This document shows positions 1 to 10,013 of a stretch of DNA of 64,000 nt, one piece after another. The notes beneath the pieces are model-generated. The model ran no database searches and was not told where the DNA came from. It saw nothing but the letters and a program-made list of their open reading frames with translations. A program made the position numbers and the translations under genes. The stretch spans positions 9,324 to 73,323 of IMG/VR virus record IMGVR_UViG_3300036781_000275; one strand, written 5' to 3'. This DNA is from a virus. Each line of letters starts with the position of its first letter. Within the stretch, counting starts at the first letter, position 1.

Positions 1-130
1 TCAGCGGAGCGCGCCTTGCGCGGTATCCGTGCCAGCTTTGCCGGCGGGGTCGTCAGTTGTCTTGCACGGGCGGCCTTTGGCCCTCGTGCCGGGTCACATC
101 GGCTTGGCTTCTGTGACCTTGCTGGGAAAC

Positions 131-159
131 ACGATAGTAGGCGTATCCGATCGTGTCAA
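131..159 (-). promoter_or_regulatory. sigma70-type promoter TTGACA-17-TATCGT firing toward the left edge (probably capsid genes)
   Basis: Minus strand TTGACA (159-154), 17-nt spacer, TATCGT (136-131), immediately after the stop of the upstream gene. Confidence 0.65.
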
Positions 160-606
160 CTACCGTATCCCCGGCAACGTGAGCACGTCGATCCCATCCC
201 CGCAAAACACGTCGAAGTCACACGCCACCTCCACCGCCTTTGCGCGCATCGTGTCCGAGCGCCATAGCAGCCACAGCATAATCGCGGCCGGATCCATCCG
301 CGAAGAACTTCTCATGAATCGGCACCGGATACGGCTTGCCCTCGTACCGGCTCAAGCTGCCATCGGGAGCCACGACCAGTGCCCACACACGCGCTCGTCT
401 TCCGTGTCCCCCATGTGGGGCGGCCAGCGGTCGGCGTGCGCTCCTGCCCTGAACCAGTCCATAAACGGTTCACACAGATTGCGTCCGCTGAAACCGATCA
501 AATGGTCATTCACGGCGTAAATCTTCGTCGCCGTCCGCCGCATGCCCTGACAAACCGTTCTCCGGTCTGCCGCGAGCATGCGGCCATCCCACGCGATGAC
601 GGTCAC
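160..606 (-). pseudogene. Ntn-hydrolase/proteasome-beta-like phage protein interrupted by two compensating frameshifts (real or sequencing error)
   Basis: Starts MTVIAWDGRMLAAD. Removing 2 nt in the GT run (~385) and 1 nt in the A run (~240) restores ...FFADGSGRDYAVAAMALGHDARKAVEVACDFDVFCGDGIDVL, the typical C-terminal half. Confidence 0.6.
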
Positions 607-610
607 GTGG

Positions 611-1528
611 CTATTCTGGTCGCTTCTTGACCGACCCCCCTCGCTTGGCAGCCAGTGCCTTCGCGGCGCGGTACTTCTCAGGGATACGGAAATCTTCCGC
701 GCTCAGCCAGACGTCGACGCCGCCCTCGCTCTGCCGGCCACCGTTCGCGCGGCCACCCGAGCCTGACGTATCGGGCGCGGGAAAGTTTTTCGCGAACTTC
801 TTGTTCTCGCGCATCTCGGCGATTGCATCGGCGATCGTGACCGGCGCGCCGTCGAGCCCCTTCGTGCGCACGTTCCCTTCCGCGTCGACAACACGCGTCA
901 CGTAGCCCGTGCCTTCCTTGACCATCTTGAGTTGCTTGATCAGGTGCGGCAACAGTACGTCCACGTCGTCAGTCTGGCCGGCGAGCCCAGTCATCGCGCG
1001 CGCTTCGATCATTTCGGAGTGCAAGCTGACCAGCGCTTCATCGCGCTCCGCGGTGATCGTGGCGATCTGCTTCGCGGCTTCTTTCTTGACGCGTTCCTGC
1101 TCGGCCAATAGCGCGTCTTTGCCTGATGTGTCGACGCCCTTTTTGCGCAGCTCCGCCAGCTCGGCGCGTTCGGCTTGGATCTCTTCGATCGTCCCGAATT
1201 CCTCGTACCGTTTCTTTTCGTCGGCGAGTTTGCGATTCGCCTTGAGCAAGTCGTCGCGTTTTTTGATGACGCCCTGAACTTCGCTCTCCTTGTATGTCTT
1301 CTCCGCTTTGGCCCCGGTGCCGCCCTCGCCACCGTCACCTCCGTCGCCGCCGGCCGCACCGTCGTCTCCCCCTGCGCCGCCCGTGCCGCCGCCCGTGCCG
1401 CCGCCCGCACCGCCATCGCCATCAGGAGGGAATTTGTAAAACGCCCTCGCATACCACCGACGTCCGCGCATGTCTACCACCCGCCGCTGAGTGTGTTTGT
1501 CGGGCGTCGGGGCCGCTCCCCGCGCCAC
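611..1528 (-). CDS. capsid scaffolding protein (start may be 1471)
   Basis: Gly-rich N-terminus, long acidic/basic coiled coil, SGSGG tail; position after gp7-like gene. Confidence 0.7.
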   Translation of the reverse strand: MARGAAPTPDKHTQRRVVDMRGRRWYARAFYKFPPDGDGGAGGGTGGGTGGAGGDDGAAGGDGGDGGEGGTGAKAEKTYKESEVQGVIKKRDDLLKANRKLADEKKRYEEFGTIEEIQAERAELAELRKKGVDTSGKDALLAEQERVKKEAAKQIATITAERDEALVSLHSEMIEARAMTGLAGQTDDVDVLLPHLIKQLKMVKEGTGYVTRVVDAEGNVRTKGLDGAPVTIADAIAEMRENKKFAKNFPAPDTSGSGGRANGGRQSEGGVDVWLSAEDFRIPEKYRAAKALAAKRGGSVKKRPE

Positions 1529-1608
1529 TTGCTTTCAATCACGAACGGCATGGAGTATGCGTGCCCCTTGCGGAAAACGCAACAGGGCAGGACGAGTTTT
1601 CTGGCGCG

Positions 1609-2679
1609 CTACGCGGCGCGCTGCTGATCTTCGCGCTGGCCTAACGGTTGCCGCGATGAGGCCGCAAGGAAATCGGCCCGCCGCGTCGCGTTGACCGGGA
1701 GCACGCTGATTACCTGCGTGCACCGGCAGTTGTAGACGCCATCGCCCGGCACCATGACGCCCCCGTCGACCGGATATAGCTCGTTGATTCCGACTGTCGT
1801 CCCGTGGGCGTCGTGATGCTCGTCGCGTTCACGGCCGTCGAGTGTGGTCACCCACGTCTTCACGATGTCCTGCTCGTCGACGCCGGCCGCGTCCGCGAAG
1901 TTGAGCCACGCGCCGAACTGCGCGTTCTTCAGCGCGCCGAGTGAGGCCGTACGTGACCATGCCTCTGCGCGATTTGCGAGCAGCTTCCGGCCGTACGCGA
2001 GTACCATGCTGTCGATCTTTGCTTGCGTAATCGTGCCTTGCCCGGCAATCAGTTTTTCGAGTATCGAGTCATAGCGCTGATCACGGAGCGCGCGCGTCAG
2101 CACCTTCGGATCGCCAGCGATCGCGTTAATGACGTCCGCGCGAAACGATTGAATCAGCGAGTTGTCGTACGGGGTGAGCCCGATGAACTGTCGCGCCTCA
2201 ACCGCCACTTGCCGCGGGTTGATGCCGGCCGCGAGTCCGCGCGAAATTACGTCGACGAACCCGGCGCGCGCCTGCCCCAAGAGCTGCGGCACCATCTGCT
2301 GCACGTAGCCAGCGAGCACTTCCTGCGCCGGCCCTATGTTCGGGTTCCATGTGAAGCGCGCCAGTGTCCCGCCGGCGGCCGTCACGATGCGCGGCAGATC
2401 GGCGTTCGACACGATCTGTCCGCCGCGGCTGAAGGTGTCCGCAATCGACCGCACGATCATCGCGGTTGCCGCGTTCGACAGTCCTGAGCCGTACACGGCG
2501 TCGGCCGCGGCGAGCACGTTGCCTGAAGCGATCGCGTCGACGACCGCCTTGAACGCGATGTTATCCCTGATCTGCGCGATCGCCGATTCGAAGGCGCGCC
2601 GCACGACCGGCCCGCGCTCCGCGAGCAGCCGATCGAGCCGCGACAGGAGTCGCGCCTGCGTGCCGGTGAGCTGTGCCAC
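1609..2679 (-). CDS. head morphogenesis/minor capsid protein (SPP1 gp7 / Mu F-like)
   Basis: KTWVTTLDGRERDEH...HG and NCRC motifs. Confidence 0.85.
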   Translation of the reverse strand: MAQLTGTQARLLSRLDRLLAERGPVVRRAFESAIAQIRDNIAFKAVVDAIASGNVLAAADAVYGSGLSNAATAMIVRSIADTFSRGGQIVSNADLPRIVTAAGGTLARFTWNPNIGPAQEVLAGYVQQMVPQLLGQARAGFVDVISRGLAAGINPRQVAVEARQFIGLTPYDNSLIQSFRADVINAIAGDPKVLTRALRDQRYDSILEKLIAGQGTITQAKIDSMVLAYGRKLLANRAEAWSRTASLGALKNAQFGAWLNFADAAGVDEQDIVKTWVTTLDGRERDEHHDAHGTTVGINELYPVDGGVMVPGDGVYNCRCTQVISVLPVNATRRADFLAASSRQPLGQREDQQRAA

Positions 2680-2680
2680 G

Positions 2681-2953
2681 TTACGGCTTTTTGGTCTCCG
2701 CCTGTCGGCCCTTGATGGCTTCGACGAGCGCGCCCAAACACAGATCCTTCATGAACCGGCCGGCGGCGAATTGCGCTTGGGCTTCCGACATGCCGCCTTT
2801 CACGAGTCCGACGAAATACGCGGCGTGCATGAGGCCGAGCATCGTGGTACTCGCGGAGATTTCGCTTGCGCGCTGCGCGAGGAAGTTCGCGACGACCTCT
2901 TCGATCATGTCCCTCGCTTTTTCCCGATTCGCGTCACTCGGTTGGTCACTCAT
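2681..2953 (-). CDS. hypothetical protein
   Basis: Tightly packed ORF starting MSDQPS, overlapping upstream stop. Confidence 0.55.
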   Translation of the reverse strand: MSDQPSDANREKARDMIEEVVANFLAQRASEISASTTMLGLMHAAYFVGLVKGGMSEAQAQFAAGRFMKDLCLGALVEAIKGRQAETKKP

Positions 2954-3335
2954 TCTCGACGACTCCCGGTCGTGCATCGTTGTACTCGCATTCCAGCGTC
3001 AACCGTTGATCGGTGTCCACGATGATCGTGATGATCGGCGTCGCGCCGCTCCCAAAGAGCTGCGACATCAAGGACGGCGTGAGGCCGACCGCATCGAAGT
3101 GAATCAGCCAATCACCAACTTCCTGTTCTGGCTGATCGCCGACATACACAACGGTCGCATCACAACCGGGATCCGGCGAGACGGTCGTTGAGGCGTCGCT
3201 CGCCGCGAGAAACGCCGACACCGCCTTCATCATGCTCGGGATGAGCGGCACTTTCGCGCCCGTCGTCAGATCAACCGTTTGTAGCGGCACAATCAGGTCG
3301 ATGTCGTTGAGCGGACTTACCGGGATAGTCGCCAT
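2946..3335 (-). CDS. putative virion adaptor-like protein
   Basis: GGAG SD, beta-rich 129 aa, structural context. Confidence 0.5.
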   Translation of the reverse strand: MATIPVSPLNDIDLIVPLQTVDLTTGAKVPLIPSMMKAVSAFLAASDASTTVSPDPGCDATVVYVGDQPEQEVGDWLIHFDAVGLTPSLMSQLFGSGATPIITIIVDTDQRLTLECEYNDARPGVVENE

Positions 3336-3345
3336 GTGGGCTCCG

Positions 3346-4977
3346 TTACGTGTTCGGCTCGATGCGTCGAATGCGAATAATAGGGACCGTGTTGATGACG
3401 GTCACGGTTGGCGTCGTATCCAATGCCAGCACCGGCGCTGAGGTGTCGAGTAGCGCGACCGTACGCGAGACGTCGAGATACTGGATCGCCGCCGGATCCG
3501 TCCGGTGCACGCGCGCCAGCGAGCGCCCGTAGCATCGCGCAAAGGCACGCGCCGTGCCGATCGAGATAAAGCCGGCGTCGCTGAGCGCGAACGCACGGGC
3601 CAGCGCACGCGCGGTGCCGGCCACTTCGATCGTGGTCCGTGCGTGCCCGGTCGCTCTGGAGAGCGCGCGCGCCGTGCCACGCACGTCGTCCGTGGTCGTG
3701 CTGCGGCCGACCGCGCGCGCCAGCGCCACCGCGTGCCCCGTGCAGCCGACGCGTGTTTCCGCTTGCCCGAAGGCTCGTGCCAGCGCACAGGCGGTGCCGC
3801 GAGCCGCGTCGACGTTCTCCGACTGTCCGAGAGCCCGGCCAAGCGCGCGCGCCATACCCTGCGCGGCGACTCCAGTGGCACCCGGCGCTTCCGCGCGGCT
3901 CAGGGCGCGGGCGGTGCCAGCCGTGGCCACCCGCGACGCCCCGTGGCCACTCAGCGCCCGGCTGAGCGCGCGCGCTATGCCGGCCGATTCGAGCCGACTG
4001 GATCCGGGTCCGCCGAGTCCGCGGGCCAGCGCGCTCGCCCGCCCCGCGCACGGGATGATCGTGGTCGTAAAGCCAAGCCCAGTCCCGCGCGCGAGCGCGC
4101 GCGCTACGCCGGTGCAAGCGACGGTCGTGCCAATGATCTCCGACGTACCAACCGCGCGGCCAAGCGCGCGCGCCGTGCCCGCGCACGCAACCGTTGTTCC
4201 CGCGATCTGCGCCTGACCGTAGGCGCGCGCGAGCGCGCGAGCGGGCGCGGCCAGCGAATACAGTACGACTTCGCCCGGCGTGAATGCTCTGGCGAGCGCC
4301 CGCGCCGTGCCGGTGCATTCGACGAATGTGCCAGCCGTCGCGACGCCATAGGCGCGGGCGAGTGCGCGCGCCGGCGCGGCATAGCCGACAAGGTTGATCC
4401 CGGTCGCGAGCGCGCGCGGTAGCGCGTGCGCAATGCCAGCCGTTGGCACCGTGGTCCCGATGAGATCGCTGAGCCCGCTTGCGCGCGAGAGCGCGCGAGC
4501 GACGCCGACGCATTCGAGCCGCGTGTCACCGGGGCCAAGCCCGCGCGCGAACGTGCGTGCCGTGCCGGTGCACGGGATGATTGTGGTCGTGAAGCTGAGC
4601 CCGGTGGCGCGTGGTAGCGTGCGCGCGAGACCGGCTGTCGCGACACGCGTCGCGCCCGGAGCGGTAACGCGACTGAGGCTGCGCGCCACGCCCGCCGTCG
4701 CGAGTCGGCTCGATCCAGCGCCGCCGAGCCCGCGCGTCAACGCTCGCGCTTTCCCGGCGCATGCTACGATGTCGCTGCCGCCGGCCGCCGTCGCCACACC
4801 GAATGCGCGCGGCAACGCCCTCGCCGGAGCTGCGTAGCCGACAAGGTTGACACTGAGCGCGAGTGCAACCGCCAACGCGCGCGCTTTGCCATTGCATGCG
4901 ACGATGTTCGCCGGGTTGCCGACTTGGCCTTGCCCGACGTACGCGCTATTCGCGCCGACGACGATCCCGTTCGCCAT
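3346..4977 (-). CDS. repeat-rich putative virion fibre/filament protein
   Basis: More than 20 degenerate (C/A)xGxARALARAxG repeats; located between portal and gp7. Confidence 0.6.
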   Translation of the reverse strand: MANGIVVGANSAYVGQGQVGNPANIVACNGKARALAVALALSVNLVGYAAPARALPRAFGVATAAGGSDIVACAGKARALTRGLGGAGSSRLATAGVARSLSRVTAPGATRVATAGLARTLPRATGLSFTTTIIPCTGTARTFARGLGPGDTRLECVGVARALSRASGLSDLIGTTVPTAGIAHALPRALATGINLVGYAAPARALARAYGVATAGTFVECTGTARALARAFTPGEVVLYSLAAPARALARAYGQAQIAGTTVACAGTARALGRAVGTSEIIGTTVACTGVARALARGTGLGFTTTIIPCAGRASALARGLGGPGSSRLESAGIARALSRALSGHGASRVATAGTARALSRAEAPGATGVAAQGMARALGRALGQSENVDAARGTACALARAFGQAETRVGCTGHAVALARAVGRSTTTDDVRGTARALSRATGHARTTIEVAGTARALARAFALSDAGFISIGTARAFARCYGRSLARVHRTDPAAIQYLDVSRTVALLDTSAPVLALDTTPTVTVINTVPIIRIRRIEPNT

Positions 4978-4988
4978 GCTCGCTTACG

Positions 4989-5969
4989 TCACACGAGTTC
5001 GACGGTCGCGGTTTCTACGACCAGCTCGTCCGATGCGTTGCTCACGTTCATCGTGAATTGCACGCTCAATACCCGATCGCCGGCATTAGAGTCGACCGCC
5101 GCTGCACCCGAAAATGGGCCGCCTGTTGGTAGCGTGCCAGCCGTAGTCGGAAATGCTGGACCAATGCCAGTCGTCGCAGTCGTACGTGCCCCGATCGGGC
5201 TGATGCTGAGCATGCCGACCAACGCCTGATCGGCGTTCGCCTGCGCGCACACGTCGAACGTCAGGAACCACGCCGCGCGATCGGCGTCCGCGGTCGAGGC
5301 GGCTGACGTTACATCGAACATCGTGGTGCCACCGTAGATGATCTTGATGCGCACGGTGGGCGTGCCGCTATTCCAGAGGAAGTTTCCGCCCATGCGGACG
5401 CGCAGCGTCTTCCCCGACAAAAAGAGTCCGCTCGGGATCGTGACGCCAGACCCCGCCTTGTTGAGCGCCTCAATCGCCGACGATGTGGTGTTCGTGGTCT
5501 CGGCGGCCACCGTCTTGAAAATGGTGATCGGCCCCGATGCCTGAATGACGCGCATGTCGACAATCTGATCCGTACTGATCGTCGTGTCTGAGGCCGGCAC
5601 ATACACCGCCGCAATCACCACGTCGTTCGCCGTGCGCGCCGGTGGTGCGGGGGTCGCCGATGGCGTGCCGGCGCGCACGGCCTTCGTGCCAGAGGAATTG
5701 ACCACGACGAGATCGATGCGCGGATTCGAGCCGTCCGCTGTCGTAATCGTCACGTTCCCAGCGGTGACCGGCTTGAGTATGCCGTTCGTGAGCACCGCGC
5801 CTTTCGCGACCGCGCATGTCATGTCGGGCGAGCCTTGCGCGGTGACTGCGCAGCCCGAGAGCACGCAATCGGTGCCCACCATGCCGGCGGTGAGCACGTC
5901 GAGATATGCGCTGAACAGCACACTCTGAAAATCGCTCTGCGCGGTGCCCTTATCGGGAATCGTCCACAT
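4989..5969 (-). CDS. virion structural/fibre protein
   Basis: TADGSNPRIDLVV..GTP..P..P motif typical of phage fibre/minor tail N-terminal domains. Confidence 0.65.
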   Translation of the reverse strand: MWTIPDKGTAQSDFQSVLFSAYLDVLTAGMVGTDCVLSGCAVTAQGSPDMTCAVAKGAVLTNGILKPVTAGNVTITTADGSNPRIDLVVVNSSGTKAVRAGTPSATPAPPARTANDVVIAAVYVPASDTTISTDQIVDMRVIQASGPITIFKTVAAETTNTTSSAIEALNKAGSGVTIPSGLFLSGKTLRVRMGGNFLWNSGTPTVRIKIIYGGTTMFDVTSAASTADADRAAWFLTFDVCAQANADQALVGMLSISPIGARTTATTGIGPAFPTTAGTLPTGGPFSGAAAVDSNAGDRVLSVQFTMNVSNASDELVVETATVELV

Positions 5970-5978
5970 GGTTCATCC

Positions 5979-6737
5979 TCAGAGTTTGATCAAGACCTTG
6001 ACGTATTGCGCGAGCTGCCTGATGCGGAGCGTTGCGAGTGCGCGCGCGATCGCGATCGCCACGCCCGCTGTTGGCACCGTCGTTGCACCGGTTGCCGGCA
6101 AGTAGGCGACGGCTAAGCCGAACCAGTTCAAATTCACGCCACAGTCCACCGTGAGCGCCGGCGAACTATCGCTGCCGATCAGTTTGTATTGCACATAACC
6201 AGTGATGAAGCCGGTGCCGTTGTTCTGAGAAAATATCAGTGAGTCGCTAGCGGCCGTGTAGGTCAATACGCCAGAGCTATCTTCGTTGAGCAGCGAAACC
6301 ACGACGCCGCCTGCATGTGCTCCTACTGCGCCGCTGCTCTCCGCTTCTGTCGATCCCGTATTTGTGACCGGCGAGCCGTCGAGCGGCGAGGCGTTGAAAT
6401 TGGAATACTCGGCTGCCCCAGCAAATCCGAGATCTGAAGAGGGATCCGCTAATAGCGTCAGCGATCCGCTCCCGGTCACCGGTACGCGCCATATCTGCTG
6501 CTTGAGGTGCCCGCTGAGTACAGAGTTCTCCGCATCCTTCACTGGCGTACCGAGGGTCGCCGTTCCAGCCGTTTTCGTTATAACAAACGACCCACCAGCA
6601 CCGGCGGAGTTGAAGCTGGTTCCCGTTACGACAATCGTATTGCCATTCGTTACGTCGACCGACATAACGAGCGGTATCGCGGCTACCGTAACCGACCATG
6701 CGGCACCCTGCGTCTGGACGCATGCGATAGAAGTCAT
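5979..6737 (-). CDS. putative virion fibre/adhesin module
   Basis: S/T/G-rich beta protein; C-terminal TTVPTAGVAIAIARALAT resembles a repeat of the 543-aa protein. Confidence 0.55.
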   Translation of the reverse strand: MTSIACVQTQGAAWSVTVAAIPLVMSVDVTNGNTIVVTGTSFNSAGAGGSFVITKTAGTATLGTPVKDAENSVLSGHLKQQIWRVPVTGSGSLTLLADPSSDLGFAGAAEYSNFNASPLDGSPVTNTGSTEAESSGAVGAHAGGVVVSLLNEDSSGVLTYTAASDSLIFSQNNGTGFITGYVQYKLIGSDSSPALTVDCGVNLNWFGLAVAYLPATGATTVPTAGVAIAIARALATLRIRQLAQYVKVLIKL

Positions 6738-6744
6738 GAATCAA

Positions 6745-7485
6745 TCAAAGATTGTGAGCGGCCCACTGGCTGAATCCGTACTCGGCATTATGCCCCGCGC
6801 CTGCTGCTTCCAGATTGAAACCCATCCCCGGTGTCCCATCGGACCACTCGCTATCCGTGGCCGAGCCAATCAGCACGCCGTTCTTATACAGACTGATCAC
6901 GTTGCCAATCGCGTCAGCGGTAATCGTATCGCCGGTCACGACGTTGTATTGCGATCCGCTGAATGGCGAACCGCCGATGTAGTCGAAGTCTCCGAGATCG
7001 CCATGCCATACGACGATGATCGCGTACCCGCCGCCGCCCTGATCCATCGAGAGCGAACACTCGTATCCGCGGTTCGTATTGGCGGAGATTGCTGAACGGA
7101 GGTTGACGATAGTGCCGGTCGCGCGCTGATTCGCCGAGAACGGCGTCGTCAGAATCGCGGTGGCGTCGCGGAACCCACCGCTCACGTCGATCTGCTGGCG
7201 GCCGAATGCGAGTCCCGGCGTCTTCTGCACGTTGGCCCATTTGAGCCCCGTCGTGAACCCGCCCCTCCAGATGCCGCCCTCTGAAATGGGGTTCTCTGTG
7301 CCGGCAAACGCCGAGCCGTAGCCCAACAATCCGTTCGCGCGTGCGCGTGCGAGCGCACGCCCAGTTCCCAGCCCGTCTACAAACGTTTGGCTGGGAACTG
7401 GCGCAACGAGTCGGTTTCGAACACGTACGGACGGCAGCTCAGATCTGGATGACCAGCGCGGCCGACGCGAATTCTGGCGTCGCAT
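6745..7485 (-). CDS. putative lectin-like beta-sandwich virion protein (start uncertain)
   Basis: GDTITADAIGNVISLYKNG..IGSATDS...G.PG motif; N-terminal GTGRALARARA repeat. Confidence 0.55.
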   Translation of the reverse strand: MRRQNSRRPRWSSRSELPSVRVRNRLVAPVPSQTFVDGLGTGRALARARANGLLGYGSAFAGTENPISEGGIWRGGFTTGLKWANVQKTPGLAFGRQQIDVSGGFRDATAILTTPFSANQRATGTIVNLRSAISANTNRGYECSLSMDQGGGGYAIIVVWHGDLGDFDYIGGSPFSGSQYNVVTGDTITADAIGNVISLYKNGVLIGSATDSEWSDGTPGMGFNLEAAGAGHNAEYGFSQWAAHNL

Positions 7486-8065
7486 TCTGTGCGATCGCGA
7501 GCGCCGTGTACGGGATGAACATGGCCGCGCCTGATGCGGTCACGTCAACCGCGGATCCGCCCGACGTTGTGGAGAGCTTGAACGCGTCCGTCGTCAAACC
7601 CGACGCGAGCACGAAATACGCCGTGTTCTCTGCGAGCCCTGCTGGCAACACCGCGCCCGGCGCAGCGAGCACGAACACGCGCTGATCCGTCGAGAGGCCA
7701 TGCGCGGGCGCGGTGATCAAATCGCCCGTGTCCGCGGTGCCCACGATCGGCACATCCGAATCGAGCAGCCCGATCCACTTGAGCGTGCCCGCCGTCGACG
7801 CGCTGTAAATGCCCCAGCCAATCGCGTTGACCGAGCCTGCGTCCGTCTTCTGGCCGCCCGTGCACGCGGAAGAGTTCGCGCGCTGACGGCCGCCCGCCGG
7901 CGACGTCGTGGCTGGTGAGCCGAACGTGATCGCGGCGCGCGCATAGCCCGCGTACGACAGCTCCGTGACGGTGCCGGCGCGGTAGTCGGTGATCGCGGAC
8001 AACCACCCCACGTAATGCGAATCGAACGTGTTGAGGATGGCGTCGCGTGCTGATGTGGTAAGCAT
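7439..8065 (-). CDS. phage fibre-associated structural protein
   Basis: ELSYAGYARAAITF...GIYSASTAGTL motif of a common small virion protein family, with an inserted HGLSTDQRV..LPAGL..YFV..FKLS domain. Confidence 0.65.
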   Translation of the reverse strand: MLTTSARDAILNTFDSHYVGWLSAITDYRAGTVTELSYAGYARAAITFGSPATTSPAGGRQRANSSACTGGQKTDAGSVNAIGWGIYSASTAGTLKWIGLLDSDVPIVGTADTGDLITAPAHGLSTDQRVFVLAAPGAVLPAGLAENTAYFVLASGLTTDAFKLSTTSGGSAVDVTASGAAMFIPYTALAIAQNATPEFASAALVIQI

Positions 8066-8117
8066 GAAATGTCTCCGAAAAGTGTGTGAGCTGTGATCCG
8101 ATCAAAACACGCGAACG

Positions 8118-9851
8118 CTACGCCGCTTGCTGTCCTTTCCCCGGTGGCGGTGGCGCGCCGCCACCACCGCCCGGCCCTGCCGCTGATCCCGTCGCTTCGA
8201 TGTTCGTACCGTCTGGCGTCGTGGCCGTGACGTGTACGCCTTCCGCCTCTGCGATCTTCACCCCCGACTTCGCTTCCGCGAGCATCCGGTCCTTCGTGAG
8301 CGCCGCGAGCTGCGTCAGGAGCGCATCATCGAGGCCCATGTCATCCGGCAACTTGCCGGTGCGCAGCACGTGCTGCATCGCGGCCAAATCGATGCCGTCC
8401 TTGAGGTAAATCTCCCAGCACAGTTGCACGAACGGCAGGTTGAACTCTTCGAAGAACGACGTGTCGAATTCGAGCGAGCCGCCGGCCACGGGATCCAGTC
8501 CCATGTATGCGGCCATATCGCCCTGTGCGCCTTCGAGTGCGTCCTTGAGCGATTCGACGGCCGCCTTCAATCGGCCATTGCGCGACCGTACCATGATCGC
8601 GACTTCCGTCGCGGTCATCGGGCTCGCGTCGGTCTTCCCTTCGAGCATGATGCCGCCCTGCAATTCCATGCGGCGTTCAAGATCGACGAGCCGCGTGCGC
8701 ACTGCGCCAATGTCAACGCCAGATGTCTCCAGCATCTTCGCGTCGCCGCCCATCGGGACGTCGATGCCGTAACCGCCCATCTTCACGGTGCCTTCGCCTT
8801 TCGCTCTCGCGTCGCGGCCGATGAACACAGGCGTCGGGTTGCACATTTTGTGCATTTTTATCGCGTAATCGCTCGTGACTTGCGTGTGCTCGACGTTCGT
8901 CTGCGCGAGCCCCCACAGATACGGCTCGCTCTTCAGCATGCCGAGCCGGCGGCCGAGGTACGCGACGCGCAGCGGAATCGTCTTGGGGCCGCGCACGGTG
9001 CCCGACGTGTCAATCTGGATCGCGGTGCGACCGGTGCGCCGGCCATTGCTGGCCATGACGTCCTGCTCTTTCCAGACCTCCCACGTGATTTCGCCGAGCC
9101 CAATAGGTTGCGGGTCGCCAACCGGATCGCCATCGTCGTTCATGCCGGTCGTCGTGGCCTGATCGTAAATGACTTCCTGCGTGAACACGCGGTACTGCTC
9201 GACTTCCTTCGTGCCGAAGCGTCCTTTCTTTTCTTCGATGCACTCTTTGATCACGACCTGCGCCAAGCGCTCGATGCCGCCAATGACCACGGGCACCCAC
9301 GAGATGATCTGATCGGCGCGCACGACGCGCATGTACGGCCGGATCCCGCGCGTGTTGAGATCATCGAGCGTGAGATTCGATCCGACTGGCACGTTGGGAT
9401 ATTCCGTCAGAATCGCGACGTGCCCGTCGAGTCCTTCATCGAACGCCTGCCGCGCGAACACGTCGAGGTTTTGGCCTTCGCCGTCGATGTTCTCCAGCAG
9501 CTCAACGATCTTCTTGTCGATGTCGTCGCCGCGTTTGATGCCGCGGGCGAACACGATGCCCATCAGGCCCTGCGCGGTCTGCTCGTACGCGTCGAACGCC
9601 CACGTGATGGCGAGGCGGGCTTGATAGTCGAGCGTGTCTTCAGAGAGAAACTTGGGGAGATATTGCGCCGACTGGTTCTGCGAGTACGTCGCGTCGGGCA
9701 TCATGGCGACGGAGCCGCGAAATGCCGGCGTGCCGCGGCGCACGTCGTGACAGAAGTCCCACTTCAGCTTCTGCAAGTCGTACGCGGCGCATGTCGCGTC
9801 TGGCGTATCGCCCGACGAGGCCGCGTCGGGTGTGTCGTTCGAAGATGCCAT
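8118..9851 (-). CDS. portal protein (DUF4055-like)
   Basis: YLPKF..E...Y.ARL, ENIDGEGQNLD.FA, RPY, TATE motifs; 577 aa downstream of terminase. Confidence 0.85.
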   Translation of the reverse strand: MASSNDTPDAASSGDTPDATCAAYDLQKLKWDFCHDVRRGTPAFRGSVAMMPDATYSQNQSAQYLPKFLSEDTLDYQARLAITWAFDAYEQTAQGLMGIVFARGIKRGDDIDKKIVELLENIDGEGQNLDVFARQAFDEGLDGHVAILTEYPNVPVGSNLTLDDLNTRGIRPYMRVVRADQIISWVPVVIGGIERLAQVVIKECIEEKKGRFGTKEVEQYRVFTQEVIYDQATTTGMNDDGDPVGDPQPIGLGEITWEVWKEQDVMASNGRRTGRTAIQIDTSGTVRGPKTIPLRVAYLGRRLGMLKSEPYLWGLAQTNVEHTQVTSDYAIKMHKMCNPTPVFIGRDARAKGEGTVKMGGYGIDVPMGGDAKMLETSGVDIGAVRTRLVDLERRMELQGGIMLEGKTDASPMTATEVAIMVRSRNGRLKAAVESLKDALEGAQGDMAAYMGLDPVAGGSLEFDTSFFEEFNLPFVQLCWEIYLKDGIDLAAMQHVLRTGKLPDDMGLDDALLTQLAALTKDRMLAEAKSGVKIAEAEGVHVTATTPDGTNIEATGSAAGPGGGGGAPPPPGKGQQAA

Positions 9852-9972
9852 CGTCCCCCGGATTGACGCGGGGAACTATGACGGCACGTATGCCTCTCTG
9901 TCAACGAGCTGTTTGGCAGCCTGAGCCGGTTTGGGCGGCCACTTTGCGCGTTTCGTCCCACCTGAACGCGAC

Positions 9973-9998
9973 GATGGGCGGCATTTCGGCCGCCCATC
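9973..9998 (-). terminator. GC-rich hairpin after moron
   Basis: GATGGGCGGC-loop-GCCGCCCATC; weak U tail. Confidence 0.4.
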
Positions 9999-10013
9999 TG
10001 TCACCCCGGCGAG

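Noticed and set aside
9875-9904. Late promoter TTGACA-18-CATAGT before portal (similar TTGCGT-17-CATACT near 1554-1582)
   Set aside because: Plausible, but only two weak instances; insufficient to call a promoter class
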